Made by a program: the position numbers and the translations under genes
Shown: positions 25,168-39,814 of the stretch, in pieces
How the letters are laid out: the number at the start of each line of letters is the position of its first letter
Position numbering within the stretch: the first letter of the stretch is position 1
Notes under the pieces: model-generated
Told to the model about the DNA's origin: nothing
What the model saw: only the letters and a program-made list of their open reading frames with translations
Database searches by the model: none
Source of the DNA: Octopus sinensis
Lineage: Eukaryota
Reading direction: 5' to 3'
Length of the DNA: 64,000 nt
Assembly: GCF_006345805.1 (NCBI RefSeq)
Contig: NC_042999.1
Coordinates: 38,192,001 to 38,256,000 of the forward strand

Positions 25168-26947
25168 ACTTAAATCTGTACATAAGTATGTATGTATATA
25201 CATATAAAGAGAGAAAGAGAGAGAAAGACAGAGTAGGCAGAGTCAAAAGTAGACAGCTAGCCAATATATGTTCTGTAAGAAACGTTAACCTATTTAAACC
25301 AGGCATTGTAGTTCGCGCCATTCATTTGTAATTTTTGTTTTAACAGTAGAATATAAACTTCATTTATCTTGTTCACCGTAGCAAGAGAAATAGGTTGCTT
25401 CCTTCATGCTGGTGAACAGTACAAGCTGTATCGGACATAGAAACATTGGAACCTTTCTGCACTATGTCTTAGATTGTTTATAATTATGGCCAGCGCGTTG
25501 AGACCCGAGTAACAGGATTTGCAATTACGGAGAATGTAGAAGTATAATGGCGAATATTATATTTTTAAACTGCAAAAACTTCACTCCTAAGGACGAATTT
25601 ATGTATTTTAACTACAAAGTATAAGGCAAATTAGCGTTACCAATATTAAAAAGAAAATACTTAGTTTCAGAAGAGGAAAACCTATGGCCGATTGAAAAAA
25701 TGTTTAATAATATGAAAGAATTTAACATGTCGAACTTACAGAAAACTCAATGTAGCCAAGTTAAAAGCAATGTGGCATAGCAAAATTATGAATAAAGGCA
25801 ATGTAGCAAGTATATTCAGTGTAGCCAAGCGGATGGGAATGTATTAAAGAAGGAAAATGGGAGGCGAGGATAAAAAACCATATGCTATTATGTATATGCT
25901 AAGATGTTTTTGAAAATCAAAATTTGTTTGTAACATGTTACGGTACGTGATAGTAAAGAAAATCTATAAAATACTCATACTGCATCATATCTGTAAAGCT
26001 TCTAGAGCACAAAATGAAGTATGGAAATTATTTTTATATTTTATCTGTATAAGGTAGGTTATTACCTGCAAATGAGTTTAAGTGCGTCCTTCAATGTTGA
26101 GATCATTCATATACACACTCTCCCACACACGCACACATACAAACACACACATACGCATGCAAACACACAAACTCACAAACTCACAAACACACACAGACAT
26201 ATATGTGTGTGTGTGTATGGATATATGTATAATTTAGGGGTCAAAGATGCACAAATATCAATACAGTGCTAAAGGGCTCGACATCTACGCTGTAGATATA
26301 TTGAAATAATATTTAGAGAAATTTTTTATCTGAACCCTACATCGCAGCAAGAAAGGTGAAGACGGGCAGCCCTGACCAATTTTGATTTTTTGTATAGCAG
26401 GACCAATTTCGCAGAAGGGGGCAGAATATATATCCAAAATATAGAAGTATTAACGCTAAATGAAAACATTAAAGGAGTAGAGGAATAAAATTATAGAGAT
26501 ATGTGTATGTGTGTGTGTTTATAACGAGACAATCCATTGGTAGATCGTAGAAAGAAACAAAATATGAAATGAAACTTTAAATTTAGTAAAGAGACATGAA
26601 TTGAGGGATTGCTATTAGTAGGTCGGCGAGCGAACAGAACCGATTGCGCGCCGGACAAGAGCTAAAATTGATTAATTAGAGGTGCTTTAATTAGAAGCAA
26701 CGAATGAAATGTCGCTAGATACAATCACATTCACCATGTTCGTCTATAAAAAAAAAAAGATATAAAAAGTCGCGCATACACACACACACACACGCACTAG
26801 CATACACATATACTTCATAACTAAGTTTTAAAACGTTAACATACTCCCTACATACGTGCGCACACAGTCAGACAGACAGACGCACATATATGTAAAGCAT
26901 ATCCATCAGCGCACATCTTCCTGCCTGTCTGTCTGTCTGTTTGTCTG

Positions 26948-27025
<78 letters not shown>

Positions 27026-27038
27026 GATCTTTCTGTAT

Positions 27039-27069
<31 letters not shown>

Positions 27070-27073
27070 CATC

Positions 27074-27104
<31 letters not shown>

Positions 27105-27132
27105 CTACCTATCTACCTACTTACCTACCTGC

Positions 27133-27207
<75 letters not shown>

Positions 27208-27269
27208 ACTACCTAACTATCTCTCTCTCTATCTATCTATATGTCTGTCTGTCTGTCTAACTGTCTGTG

Positions 27270-27322
<53 letters not shown>

Positions 27323-27356
27323 CTATCTATCTATCTATCTATTTATCTATCTATCT

Positions 27357-28118
27357 TGAGTCTATCGTCAATATTGTCACGCCTCCTTCCTTCAAACGGG
27401 AAGGAAGAGCTATTTTCATCATCCTTGTGGCTATGGCGAAAGAATGTATCTGGTGGACGCGTCTGAAAGGATTGGAGACAAACACTTTCCTCTCTGGTCA
27501 ATATGTCATCAACTTCTTCAAGTACCACTTGAAAAGGAAAGTGAGAGTAGAGAGGCAAGTTTTGTCTAGCGAATGTTTTAAAAAAAGATGGGTGAATGTA
27601 GCAAGGAGGGCATGTATGAATGACGAAGCCACCTTGAGCATAATCCTATGAACCCAGAAATTGAAAACAGAGGGTTACCCACTTGCAAACAAATGTGGTA
27701 ACATATAACAATATTGACCAAGGTTACCGTGGTCTTTTTCGTAGGCTTTTCTTCCCACGGATAAACCTTACTTGCTTTCCCCTTTACACCATATATCATA
27801 ACACTGTGATACACGATCCCTATTGATCGTTCTTTTTTTCCTCTTCCCCTTTTTTTCCCCTTTTTTCTTCTTTTTTCATTTCTCTTTCCTTTTGTTCCTT
27901 TTCCTGTCCTTTTTTTTTCTTTTTATTCTTTTTACTTTATTCAATTTATTTTTGTTTTTGTTCTTTTCTTCCCTTTTACGATCCCTCTTGATCGAAAACC
28001 TACGCCACCCCTTTTTTGTTTTTTCTTTTGTTTTTTGTTCTCTTCATCCCCCAAAAGAAAAGCTCTACCTTGTAACTTGTCCCATCTGTGTGCAGCCTTT
28101 GTGGCCAATAAAGAAACT

Positions 28119-28120
<2 letters not shown>
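27357..28120 (+). mobile_element. L1/Tx1-like LINE 3' fragment, copy 2
   Basis: ESIVNIVTPPSFKREG...LSIIL* plus 3' UTR; flanked on both sides by (ATCT)n. Confidence 0.9.
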
Positions 28121-28213
<93 letters not shown>

Positions 28214-28250
28214 ACTAGCTATCTATCTGTCTGTCTATCTATCAATCAAT

Positions 28251-29209
<959 letters not shown>

Positions 29210-29210
29210 A

Positions 29211-29244
<34 letters not shown>

Positions 29245-29281
29245 ACTAGCTATCTATCTGTCTGTCTATCTATCAATCAAT

Positions 29282-30129
29282 CGAATGGCACCGCGAGTGT
29301 CGCGTTGCTTTCAAGCAACTCTGCCGTCCTGGGTCGACCTCGAGTGACTCCATAACAACTAAAGCATTCTATAAGGGATTAGTGGAGGGGAGGTACGACA
29401 ACGAGCTCGGGGCGAACCTGGACGTCGACGAGGAATACCTGACGCGCCTGTTCGGGACGACTTTCGGGCCAGGGCCCATGGACAACTTCCAGAGATCCCT
29501 GGCCTGGCAGTGCTACCGAGAAGCGCTACCCGTTCGGGATAAGCTCTACAGACACGGCTCCAGAAACAGGGGGCCGACCTGCCCGAGATGCGGTCAGAGC
29601 GACGAAACCGTTCTGCACGCACCCGTGCCGTGTCTAACAATTTGCGATCTGTGGGCTTATGTCGAACGACTGCTGTCACGTGTGGGACGAGTCGGTTTAT
29701 CAGCTGAGACTATCGTCAATATTGTCACGCCTCCTTCCTTCAAATGGGAAGGGAGAGCTATTCTCATCATCCTTGTAGCTATGGTGAAGGAATGTATCTG
29801 GTGGACGCATCTGAAAGGATTGGAGACAAACACTTTCCTCTCTGGTCAATATGTCATCAACTTCTTCAAGTACCACTTGAAAAGGAAAGTGAGAGTAGAG
29901 AGGCAAGTTTTGTCTAGCGAATGTTTTAAAAAACAGATGGGTGAATGTAGCAAGGATGGCACGTATGAATGACGAAGCCACCTTTTCTTCCCTTTTACGA
30001 TCCCTCTTGATCGAAAACCTACGCCACCCCCTTTTTTTTTGGTTTTTTGTTTTTTTCATCTCCAAAAGAAAAGCTCTACCTTGTAACTTGTCCCATCTGT
30101 GTGCAGCCCTGTGTGGCCAATAAAGAAAC

Positions 30130-30131
<2 letters not shown>
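29282..30131 (+). mobile_element. L1/Tx1-like LINE 3' fragment, copy 4 (tandem duplicate of copy 3, 1031-bp period)
   Basis: Identical 196-aa translation, same 5' breakpoint and same UTR deletion as copy 3. Confidence 0.9.
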
Positions 30132-30227
<96 letters not shown>

Positions 30228-30736
30228 ATCTATCTATGAATCTATCTATCTATCTAACTAGCTATCTATATGTCTGTCTATCTATCAATCAACCTATCTA
30301 TCTGTCTATTAGTCTACTTTCATATTTTGTCTCCATGTTCATCTTCAACATTAGTTCTGTGATTTCTCATCGTATCAAGTTGCACCTTATAATATTATTC
30401 ATACACTTGACGTTCCGATGTTAAATCTATTACTTTACAGATACCTTACCAATATTCGTAAATTCGCATGCGCCATTCTATGTCAAATATAAATATAATT
30501 CTTCAAAATTATTACTACAATTATCTTTTTTCACTGAATCCAAATTTTAAAACATGCTCTTTGCTATTAAATGAAAAATTAATTATATCTAATAAAATAT
30601 TTTTAGTAGTTTGTATTTTAAAATTCCATTAGAAAAAAAGTTATCGTGAAGCTTGGATCCAATGGCAGTCATCTTGTGGGCCAAATCAGCGACTATATCG
30701 ACCGAAGCGCTAAACTTATTCTTTATTTCACTGAAA

Positions 30737-31087
30737 TCTTTATATATAAAAGAGAGGTTGTGTGTCTGTCTCCTACGATTTAGATTCCTAACTACTCCCA
30801 CATTTTGCGGTGCAGTTTAACCAAAACCGGGTATCTTATAGTCGTGATTCATATTGAGCCCTTCTGGGTATTAGCGCGCGTCTACAATGAGTTAAAAAAA
30901 ATAACCATCATTTTTTTCCATTTTAATGCTATTATATAAGGGAAGTAACTCTCTAAAAATGTCTACGATGTGTCAACGATTTAAAAAATAAATTACCATC
31001 ATTTTTTTCCCATTTTTAATGCATTTTTTGCTATTTTTTGGCTATAACTCTCTTACAAGCCCGAGCAACGCCGGGCGATACTGCTAG
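30737..31087 (+). mobile_element. Complete non-autonomous Helitron (351 bp)
   Basis: A|TC 5' end; GCCCGAGCAACGCCGGGC hairpin followed by CTAG|T 3' end. Confidence 0.8.
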
Positions 31088-31478
31088 TCATAAATAAAAA
31101 ATTAAAATTGCGCTCAGAGGGACTCCACTTCATAAAATAAAGTGCAAATCTATATGATGCAGGATAGTTTTTTTTCGTGTTTTGGCCTATCCAGAACTCA
31201 TGCAAATCTGATTTGAGGAAATACTGGTTTTAGAGTATGTGGTTTGTCGACACGGTAAGTTCTCGTACTCGGCACGTATTATATTTTATCTTTTTCGGGG
31301 AGCTGAAAGCAAAGTTGACCTCGATGGATGGGATTTGAACGTAAAGAATGTGGAAAGTAAAGAACGTGGAACAGACACCATAAGACATATTTTCCGACAT
31401 TTTGTATACAGAAATTATATGTACGCTGAACTAATTTTGAATATTAGAAAAAAAGCAAGACAATTTATAGAAGCACTC

Positions 31479-31515
<37 letters not shown>

Positions 31516-32036
31516 ACACACACACGCGCACACACACACACACATACACACATACACACACACACTCTCACACACACACACACACTCACAAACACACAGA
31601 CAAACACACACACACAGAGCAGATACATACAAAACATAAAAACATAAAACATAAAACATAAAAACGATCATAAACGCATGAAATAATATTCTGAATTCCA
31701 ATGAAATTCCCGTGGTAGGATCTGATTCACCTTTCAATATTTATATGACGTGTGAAAGGATTTCTAAAGAGTTTATTGGATTCTGTGATAACCAGCCTTG
31801 AATCCATAAATGCCCACATCCATACGGACACATCTCGAAAGTTATCTGCAACCATAAACTTCAGTTTTGCGTTTTAATGTAATCCTTCTCTATGTCTAAG
31901 CAATTTTACCTGCAATTTCAGCCGCCTATGGCTAGTTCCTTTTTTAAAAATAAAACACCTAAAGCTATACACTGTGATAGCCAGTATTTGCGGAAGTGCT
32001 TTTGGAGGAATCAGCTCACACTTCAGTCCATTTATG

Positions 32037-32067
<31 letters not shown>

Positions 32068-32071
<4 letters not shown>

Positions 32072-32354
32072 CAAAAACTCTTGTTTGAAGCTTGCCGAAA
32101 GCTGTTCCTGCACACTTTAGACGGTGTTGGATTTCATCGCTGAGGTCTACCTTTGCTGACAGATGGTTCCCAAGGTAGCAGAAGTGGTTCACATTTTCCA
32201 GTGGGTTTCCTTCGAGTTGGATCGATAGAGGATCACCTCCAACAGATCCTAAATGCTTTTCATCACGCATATACTAAACTTGGACTGAGGATCAACATCA
32301 AGAAGACTCACTTACTCTACCAACCTCCTCCCAATGCCCGTGTTGACAACCCGC

Positions 32355-32360
<6 letters not shown>
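32068..32360. mobile_element. RTE-clade RT fragment with an internal inversion, inside (TA)n
   Basis: Plus 32221-32360 encodes SIEDHLQQILNAF...GLRINIKKT...NPPSI. Minus 32226-32068 encodes the contiguous SIQLEGNPLENVNHFCYLG...EIQHRLKCAGTAFGKLQTRVF. Confidence 0.85.
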
Positions 32361-32398
<38 letters not shown>

Positions 32399-32400
<2 letters not shown>

Positions 32401-32897
32401 AATTAGTAAATAAAGGGCACAACAAAGTACCGATATTTACTGGAAATAGCGAACGTAAAAATACGACGCTAAAGTGTAGCTTCACCGCGTATGTATTAGT
32501 AAAATGCGTGTGTGCAACAAAATAGAGAAAAAAAACCGTCTTACCTCCAGGGAGAACATCTCAAAGATGAAACACCCGGAAAATGGATAATGTGGTACCT
32601 GCAGGTTTCAGGTTTTGCAAGATATGTCTCTCACCCATATTTGCTTTACCTTCTTCAGCCAAACATTACCAAGACGAAACTACGATGTTACCACATAAAT
32701 ACTAACACACTCGACTGAAATACGGAACGCTAACAGTACGAGAAACGGTGAAGAAGTTTCAAAATATCAGTAATGCAATACAAAGTATTGCCTTCCAGTA
32801 AAAAGTAGCCCGTGAGGGAAAAATACACAAATTAGTAAATAAATGGCACAACAAAGTACCGATATTTACTGGAAATAGCGAACGTAAAAATACGACG
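32399..32897 (+). repeat. ~70-bp direct repeat (32399-32469 / 32827-32897)
   Basis: ACAAATTAGTAAATAAA(G/T)GGCACAACAAAGTACCG...AATACGACG occurs twice. Confidence 0.85.
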
Positions 32898-33420
32898 TGG
32901 CTACAAATTGATAACTGATGAACTAGAAAGATGTCTGCATGAATGGGTAATTTGGATGTTATAGTTGACATCATGAATTTAGAATGCGGAATGCTAATTG
33001 CTGCATTGAGGTACCTTCTTACTACCAGAGCCAGTTAAAATATTCAACTGACTAAATATCTGCTGCTGGTCCATAGAAACAAGATTATCTTTACGGCCAT
33101 TCATCTGTATTTTCTCTATCGTAAGGTTCATTTTTATTCATTTTATCCACTTCAGCCAACAATCATTACACAGCAAATACCAGCCAAAATTTTAATTTTT
33201 ATGTCGCCAATCGTGTCCATTGAAAAGTTTGCAAGACGCAACGAAAATGCAGGTGAAGAAACAACAAGCAGGTGTATGATTTTAACAGTAGGGAAGAATG
33301 GAAACAGTTTTTGGCGTTTCAAGCCATACACTCTTCGACAGAAAGGATTAGAGAGACAAAACGGAGAAAGAAAAGATGTGTAGAGATTAACGGTTTATAT
33401 ATATATATCTATATTATATA

Positions 33421-33464
<44 letters not shown>

Positions 33465-33551
33465 TATTTGAGACAAAACCACTATTTTGCAAAACAAACA
33501 AGGAAAGACTTAATCAATACATAAAATTTAATAAATAGTCAAAAAAAACCG

Positions 33552-33594
33552 CCACTCCAATCGTTTCTTGTCTTGATCGACAATCTTCAGGTGG
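33552..33594 (-). ncRNA. Hammerhead motif, left-arm copy; cleavage triplet reads GGA (probably inactive)
   Basis: Reverse complement of 34693-34735 except GTA>GGA. Confidence 0.5.
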
Positions 33595-34692
33595 ACTTCC
33601 AATCTAAAAAATCAAAATTTTAAAAAATAAATAATACTTTTAAATAATTAAAGTATAAATGAAAAAATATAAGTATATAATCCATATATAACCTATATAT
33701 AATCCATATCGAAATATAGACTAATTACCACGAATTCCCTAAAAAAACCATGATAAAACAAAACTCTTAAAAACATATAACGATAAAATCTCCCTTTGCT
33801 AAACTCTATAACAAAACTATAAAGTAAACCCCCTAACCTAACATTCACACACAAATACACACACGTAAACCACAGACTCACGACTTATACATACCTATAC
33901 TAACTTATAAAACCTCAATATACACCAAAACCCACTCCCTCCCCACACAGACAAATTAACACATACATCCCAAAACCTAAATAACAAACCCATATACACA
34001 TTCACCACAAAACACACACTCACACGCAAAACACTCACACACAAAAGATACATATACTCCCTCACATATACGCCTATACATACTCACTAAACTCGACATA
34101 TACAACAATACTACACACCCAAGGTGAGTTAAAGCTCATAAATGTATATAATGTTTTTTGTGGGTGTGTAAGTATTGTTGTATATGTCGAGTTTAGTGAG
34201 TATGTATAGGTGTATATGTGAGGGAGTATATGTATCTTTTGTGTGTGAGTGTTTGCGTGTGAGTGTGTGTTTTGTGTGTGAATGTGTATATGGTTTGTTA
34301 TTTAGGTTTTGGGATGTATGTGTTATTTGTCTGTGTGGGGAGGGAGTGGGTTTTGGTGTATATTGAGGTTTATAGTTAGTAGGTAGTATGTGTATAAGTC
34401 GTGAGTCTGTGGTTACGTGTGTGTATTTGTGTGTGAATGTTTAGGTTAGGGGGTTTACTTTATAGGTTTGTTATAGAGTTAGCAAAGGGAGATTTTATCG
34501 TTATATGTTTTTAAGAGTTTTGTTTTATCATGGTTTTTTTTTAGGGAATTCGTGGTGATTAGTCTATATTTTCGATATGGATTATATATAGGTTATATAT
34601 GGAATATATATACTTATATTTTTTCATTTATACTTTAATTATTTAAAAGTATTATTTTTATATTTTAAAATTTGATTTTTTAGATTGGAAGT

Positions 34693-34735
34693 CCACCTGA
34701 AGATTGTCGATCAAGACAAGAAACGATTGTAGTGG
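34693..34735 (+). ncRNA. Type I hammerhead ribozyme
   Basis: CCAC-CTGAAGA-TTGTC(GATCAA)GACAA-GAAA-C(GATT)G-T-A-GTGG: canonical core, 5-bp stem II, 4-bp stem I, GUA triplet. Confidence 0.7.
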
Positions 34736-34915
34736 CGGTTTTTTTTTTTGACTATTATTAAATTTTATGTATTGATTAAGTCTTTCCTTGTTTGTTTTGC
34801 AAAATAGTGGTTTTGTCTCAAATAAATTTTATAATATTTTACTATAAAATGGATTTAATCCTAAATCTGATTTTTCCCTAAAAATTTGGATATATTCCCT
34901 AATATTTATTATTTA

Positions 34916-34946
<31 letters not shown>

Positions 34947-34996
34947 AACCGTTAATCTCTACACATCTTTTCTTTCTCCGTTTTGTCTCTCTAATC

Positions 34997-35034
34997 CTTT
35001 CTGTCGAAGAGTGTATGGCTTGAAACGCCAAAAA
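34997..35034 (+). ncRNA. Degenerate CUGUCGA hammerhead-like motif (mirror copy at 33308-33345, minus)
   Basis: CTTT-CTGTCGA-A-GAG(TGTATGG)CTT-GAAACGCC; U16.1 is lost. Confidence 0.3.
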
Positions 35035-35253
35035 CTGTTTCCATTCTTCCCTACTGTTAAAATCATACACCTGCTTGTTGTTTCTTCACCTGCATTTTCG
35101 TTGCGTCTTGCAAACTTTTCAATGGACATTGACTCTTAACGTCTATTGAAATGTTTGCAAGACGCAAAGAAAATTTAGAAAATAAATGACTGGAAATCAA
35201 ACCGGTAAGTGTGTTTAATAATAAGGCACTAAACATACTCAAAAACAACACAG

Positions 35254-35294
<41 letters not shown>

Positions 35295-35383
35295 ATATAT
35301 ATATATATAATATATATATGCATATACATACACACACACTCACACACACACCACACACACACACACCACACCACACACACACA

Positions 35384-35415
<32 letters not shown>

Positions 35416-36691
35416 TGAGACATGTATGTGAAAACTCTTGCTCAAGTGTGGAATCTGATTACAGGCATACAATGTCTGGTGATTAGACATCGTGTGTAAA
35501 AAAAAAAAAAACTTTTTCATATTTTTTCTGAATCAAAATAATTTAATCAGGGTTTTTTTTTTTTTAATACTATATTATTTCATTTTCGAATAGATATCAT
35601 TTGAACTCAGATACAAATTTTAACCAAGTTAATTACTTCTGGCATATCAGGCTAACGTTCAAAATAAACTCATATTTTCCCCATCTGAAACAATGCCGCG
35701 TATTTAAAGCGAATTCCAAAAATAAATACATATTTTCTTTAAAAAAAACTATCAAGATCAATATTTGCTAACTGTCTACAAGATGATTCTCTTCTTTAAA
35801 CAATGTTAAATGCTAATGTATTTTAAGGTTTAAGTTTACTAGGCGATTAGTTTTAACATCGTTTTCTTTTCAGTGGCGTATTGATTATTCATTAATTCAA
35901 CATCAGTTAGAAAATTTAACCAACGAATTATCTTTATTGAGTATTGGTTTTTCTTTAGCTCATCCTGTTGCTTGTCTCATGAAAGAAAAATGTGCACACA
36001 GCTAAAATTGGAACGAAACATACCAAAGGTGAACAAAATAATTCCCTGCTGGAAATTTCTATTTACAGCGAACTGTATTTAACTGCATTAGAAAATTAAC
36101 TATATTCACATTATTTTGGACACTGCATGACGTAAGAAACTATGGGTTTGTGTTTCAAGGTGATTTTCAAATACGCACTGCTTCTGTTGCTGGGGAGATC
36201 ATTGTGCAGCATTGAGCACGGATCGATTTCTGCCATAGGTATCTGAAGTATATGGAAAGCAATTGAAATATTTGAAACAGCATGATCATCACAAAATATA
36301 CTTGAATTCTTTCATCCAATTCAGCTTTCAGTCATTGGACAGCATCCATGCTGGTGCACCTACTCGAAAGCTTTATTTGAATATATTGACCCAAGTATGA
36401 TTTTCTTTTATTTATCAAACATTTATTTTATCGGTTCCTGTTGCCGAAAAAACAAGTTACAGAGACGTAAACATACCAAAACCACTTGTCAAACGGTGGT
36501 GAGGGGAAAACAAAACACACACAAAAAGACAGACACAAACACACATCCACACATCCAGACACATGCACCCACACCCATACACAGACATACACACACACAA
36601 ATATGTGTGTTTGTACGTGTGTATATATATATATATATATTATATAATATATATATATATATATATATAATGTATTATATAATATATATAA

Positions 36692-36880
36692 GGGTTGTGA
36701 GTGAATTTGGTTGACGGAAACTGAAAAGAAGCCCGTCGTATATATGTATATGTATATATATATATTATATATATATATATATATTATATATACATATATA
36801 TATATATGTGTGTGTGTTTTTGTGTGTCTGTGTTTGCCCCTCCAGCATGGCCGCAGTCAACTGACTGAAACAAGTAAAAG
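36692..36880 (+). mobile_element. SINE family A, 3' half
   Basis: TTGTGAGTGAATTTGGTTGACGGAAACTGAAA...(TA)n...CAGCATGGCCGCAGTC...GAAACAAGTAAAAGA. Confidence 0.65.
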
Positions 36881-37383
36881 AATTTAGAAATAAATAATAT
36901 CCATAAAACAAATAAGGGTAGCTAAATTTCGTGCCGTCCCATCGATTTTAGTGGGTGCTGTATTTCCAGCATCTGTGTGGGCGAATTTGTTCTATTATTC
37001 TATTGCCTGGATGCAGAAGCCACACATATATCACATGAACCAAATACCTCCTAGTTATCGAATGACAGAATACGCCATTGAAATACTCTTAAAACAGAAC
37101 ACAGCTTCTGTCACACGAAACTACAACGACATAGAATATATTACAAAAATACCGGAACGACAAAACTTCACATTAACATTAAACATCAAGTTTATATGCC
37201 ACAGGACGTACGAGACAAACAACGTAAAAGGAAATTTCGCTGTAAATAATAACATTCTAAAGCACAGTGATCTAAAATAAATTTTACATTGGGCAAATAA
37301 TTTCGCAAGGAACCTACGTAAAGCATTATAGTAGAAAATATGAAAAGAGTAAAAGAGTATAGAAATAAATAATATCAATATCA

Positions 37384-37845
<462 letters not shown>

Positions 37846-38269
37846 AACAAATAATAACATTCTAAAGCACAGTGATCTAAAATTTTGCATCAGGCAAAAA
37901 ATTGGACAGATAATTTCGCAAGGAGCCTACGCAAGGCATTATAGTAGAATATATGAAAAAAAAAATTGCAAAGAACCTCTCTTTATAGCACTGTCATTCT
38001 ATATAGAATTTCCTGGAAATGGTGAATGCGAAAATCGGAAGGATTATTAAGAGAAATATAAACACCACATGTGAACATGCAAGTAGAGAACATGCGAATA
38101 AAACGATGAAATTCCAGTTCGTAATCTATGGACAATTTTTGTTAAGGTGAAAATGATTTTGTCGACTACGATAGTATTCCATGATCCACTGCGAATGACG
38201 AAAGCTACTTATATGAATTCATTATAAAGATTTTGGTAATATGCTTGATTACGTATGAATGAGTGAGCG

Positions 38270-38311
<42 letters not shown>

Positions 38312-38316
38312 TTACA

Positions 38317-38390
<74 letters not shown>

Positions 38391-38469
38391 CTTCCAGCTT
38401 GGCGGAACACATACGTCATAGAAACCGGGAAACTGGGCCCATGAGCCTGGCTAGGCTTGAAAAGGGCAC

Positions 38470-38514
<45 letters not shown>

Positions 38515-38518
<4 letters not shown>

Positions 38519-38662
38519 GTAAATGTAATATGTGACAATTATTCGGTAGCCATGATAAAACTCCGAGTTTCGGATGTCGGGGTGGAAATCCACGTCGCCA
38601 TCTCCGAAACTCAGAGTTTTATCATGGCCACCGAATAATTGTCACATATTACAATAACAGAT
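38515..38662. repeat. Hairpin with 60-bp arms (38515-38574 / 38603-38662) and a partly self-complementary loop
   Basis: Arms are reverse complements with ~4 mismatches; each contains GAAACTC(A/G)GAGTT facing outward. Confidence 0.85.
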
Positions 38663-38734
38663 AAATTCCTCTATTTACATAATGTCGAGGTCTCTTTCTT
38701 TTTTTTTCTTACCATTACTATCAGCATATATATA

Positions 38735-38785
<51 letters not shown>

Positions 38786-38855
38786 CTATACACAGACGGA
38801 CGCACATATATTACATATAGATACACACACACACATACACGCACACACACGCATA

Positions 38856-39814
38856 TCTCTCTCTATATAAACGGCAGTTTGTCTGTCTGTGTGTCTGTGT
38901 GTCTGTCAGGTTGTACCCTCACCCTGACCACGGCTTTCAACCGATTCTGATGAAACTTGACACACACATAACCCAATGTCATAATTCAAAACTAACGCAG
39001 CGAAAATTCTGAGAAGTTCCCCCAGTTCTGAAAAACATTGATAAATTCGACATGGGGTCGAGAATCAGAAACACAAACCACAGACTGTCTAGGGACGCAA
39101 CTCGACCTTTTTAACTCTCTATTCCATCAATAACCAGCTACTTGAAGCTATTCCTGGTGATGTCCACCTCTACAAATCTATTGATAGGACAGCAGACCCC
39201 GCCGAGCTTGCCAATTATACTGTTGAATTCCTGAATTCACTTGAACCGCCAGGCCTTCCGACACACATCCTGAAGTTAAAAGTCGGTGCGCCCATTATGC
39301 TCATCAGGAATTTGGTTCCACCTAAACAGTACAACGGCACACGTCTGGTTGTGAAACATTTGCCACCACATTTAATAACGGCCACAATACTTACCGGTTG
39401 TGAGAAGGGAGAGGACGTCTTCATTCCACGCATGCACCTTCAACCGTCGGGCGCTGACCTACCAATCCACTTCAGGCGTTCTCAGTTTCCTGTTAAACTC
39501 TGCTTCGCAATGTCCATCAATAAATCCCAAGGCCAAACGCTACAAGTCGCTGGGTTACAGTTAGGCGAACAGTGCTTCGCCCACGGTCAACTCTACGTGG
39601 GCTGTTCACGCGTTGGGAGGCGCAATCATGTTTTCATGTTTTCGCCCAAAGGGACAGCTAGGAACATCGTATATACAGAAGTATTCGAGTGAAGAGAAGA
39701 CATTGCAACCTACACATGCGCCTTCCTTCCCTAGAAGGAAAGGACTAGATTGGGATTAGTCGTTGCCTACTAGGGGCTCTTACATACCCGGGCAACGCCG
39801 GGCTATGCTGCTAG
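38856..39814 (+). mobile_element. Internally deleted Helitron with both termini and a PIF1-like helicase fragment
   Basis: A|TC 5' end; CCCGGGCAACGCCGGG hairpin followed by CTAG|T. Confidence 0.88.
39126..39692 (+). pseudogene. Helitron RepHel PIF1-helicase C-terminal fragment
   Basis: Open frame EFLNSLEPPGLPTHILKLKVGAPIMLIRNL...NGTRL...QFPVKLCFAMSINKSQGQTL...HGQLYVGCSRV...NIVYTEVFE*. Confidence 0.9.

Larger units (their letters stand above)
33214..35128. repeat. 1.9-kb imperfect palindrome of PLE-like 3' sequence (arms 33214-34121 / 34161-35128, 39-bp spacer)
   Basis: Arms are reverse complements; outer ~200 bp essentially identical, inner part differs by many small indels. Confidence 0.9.
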
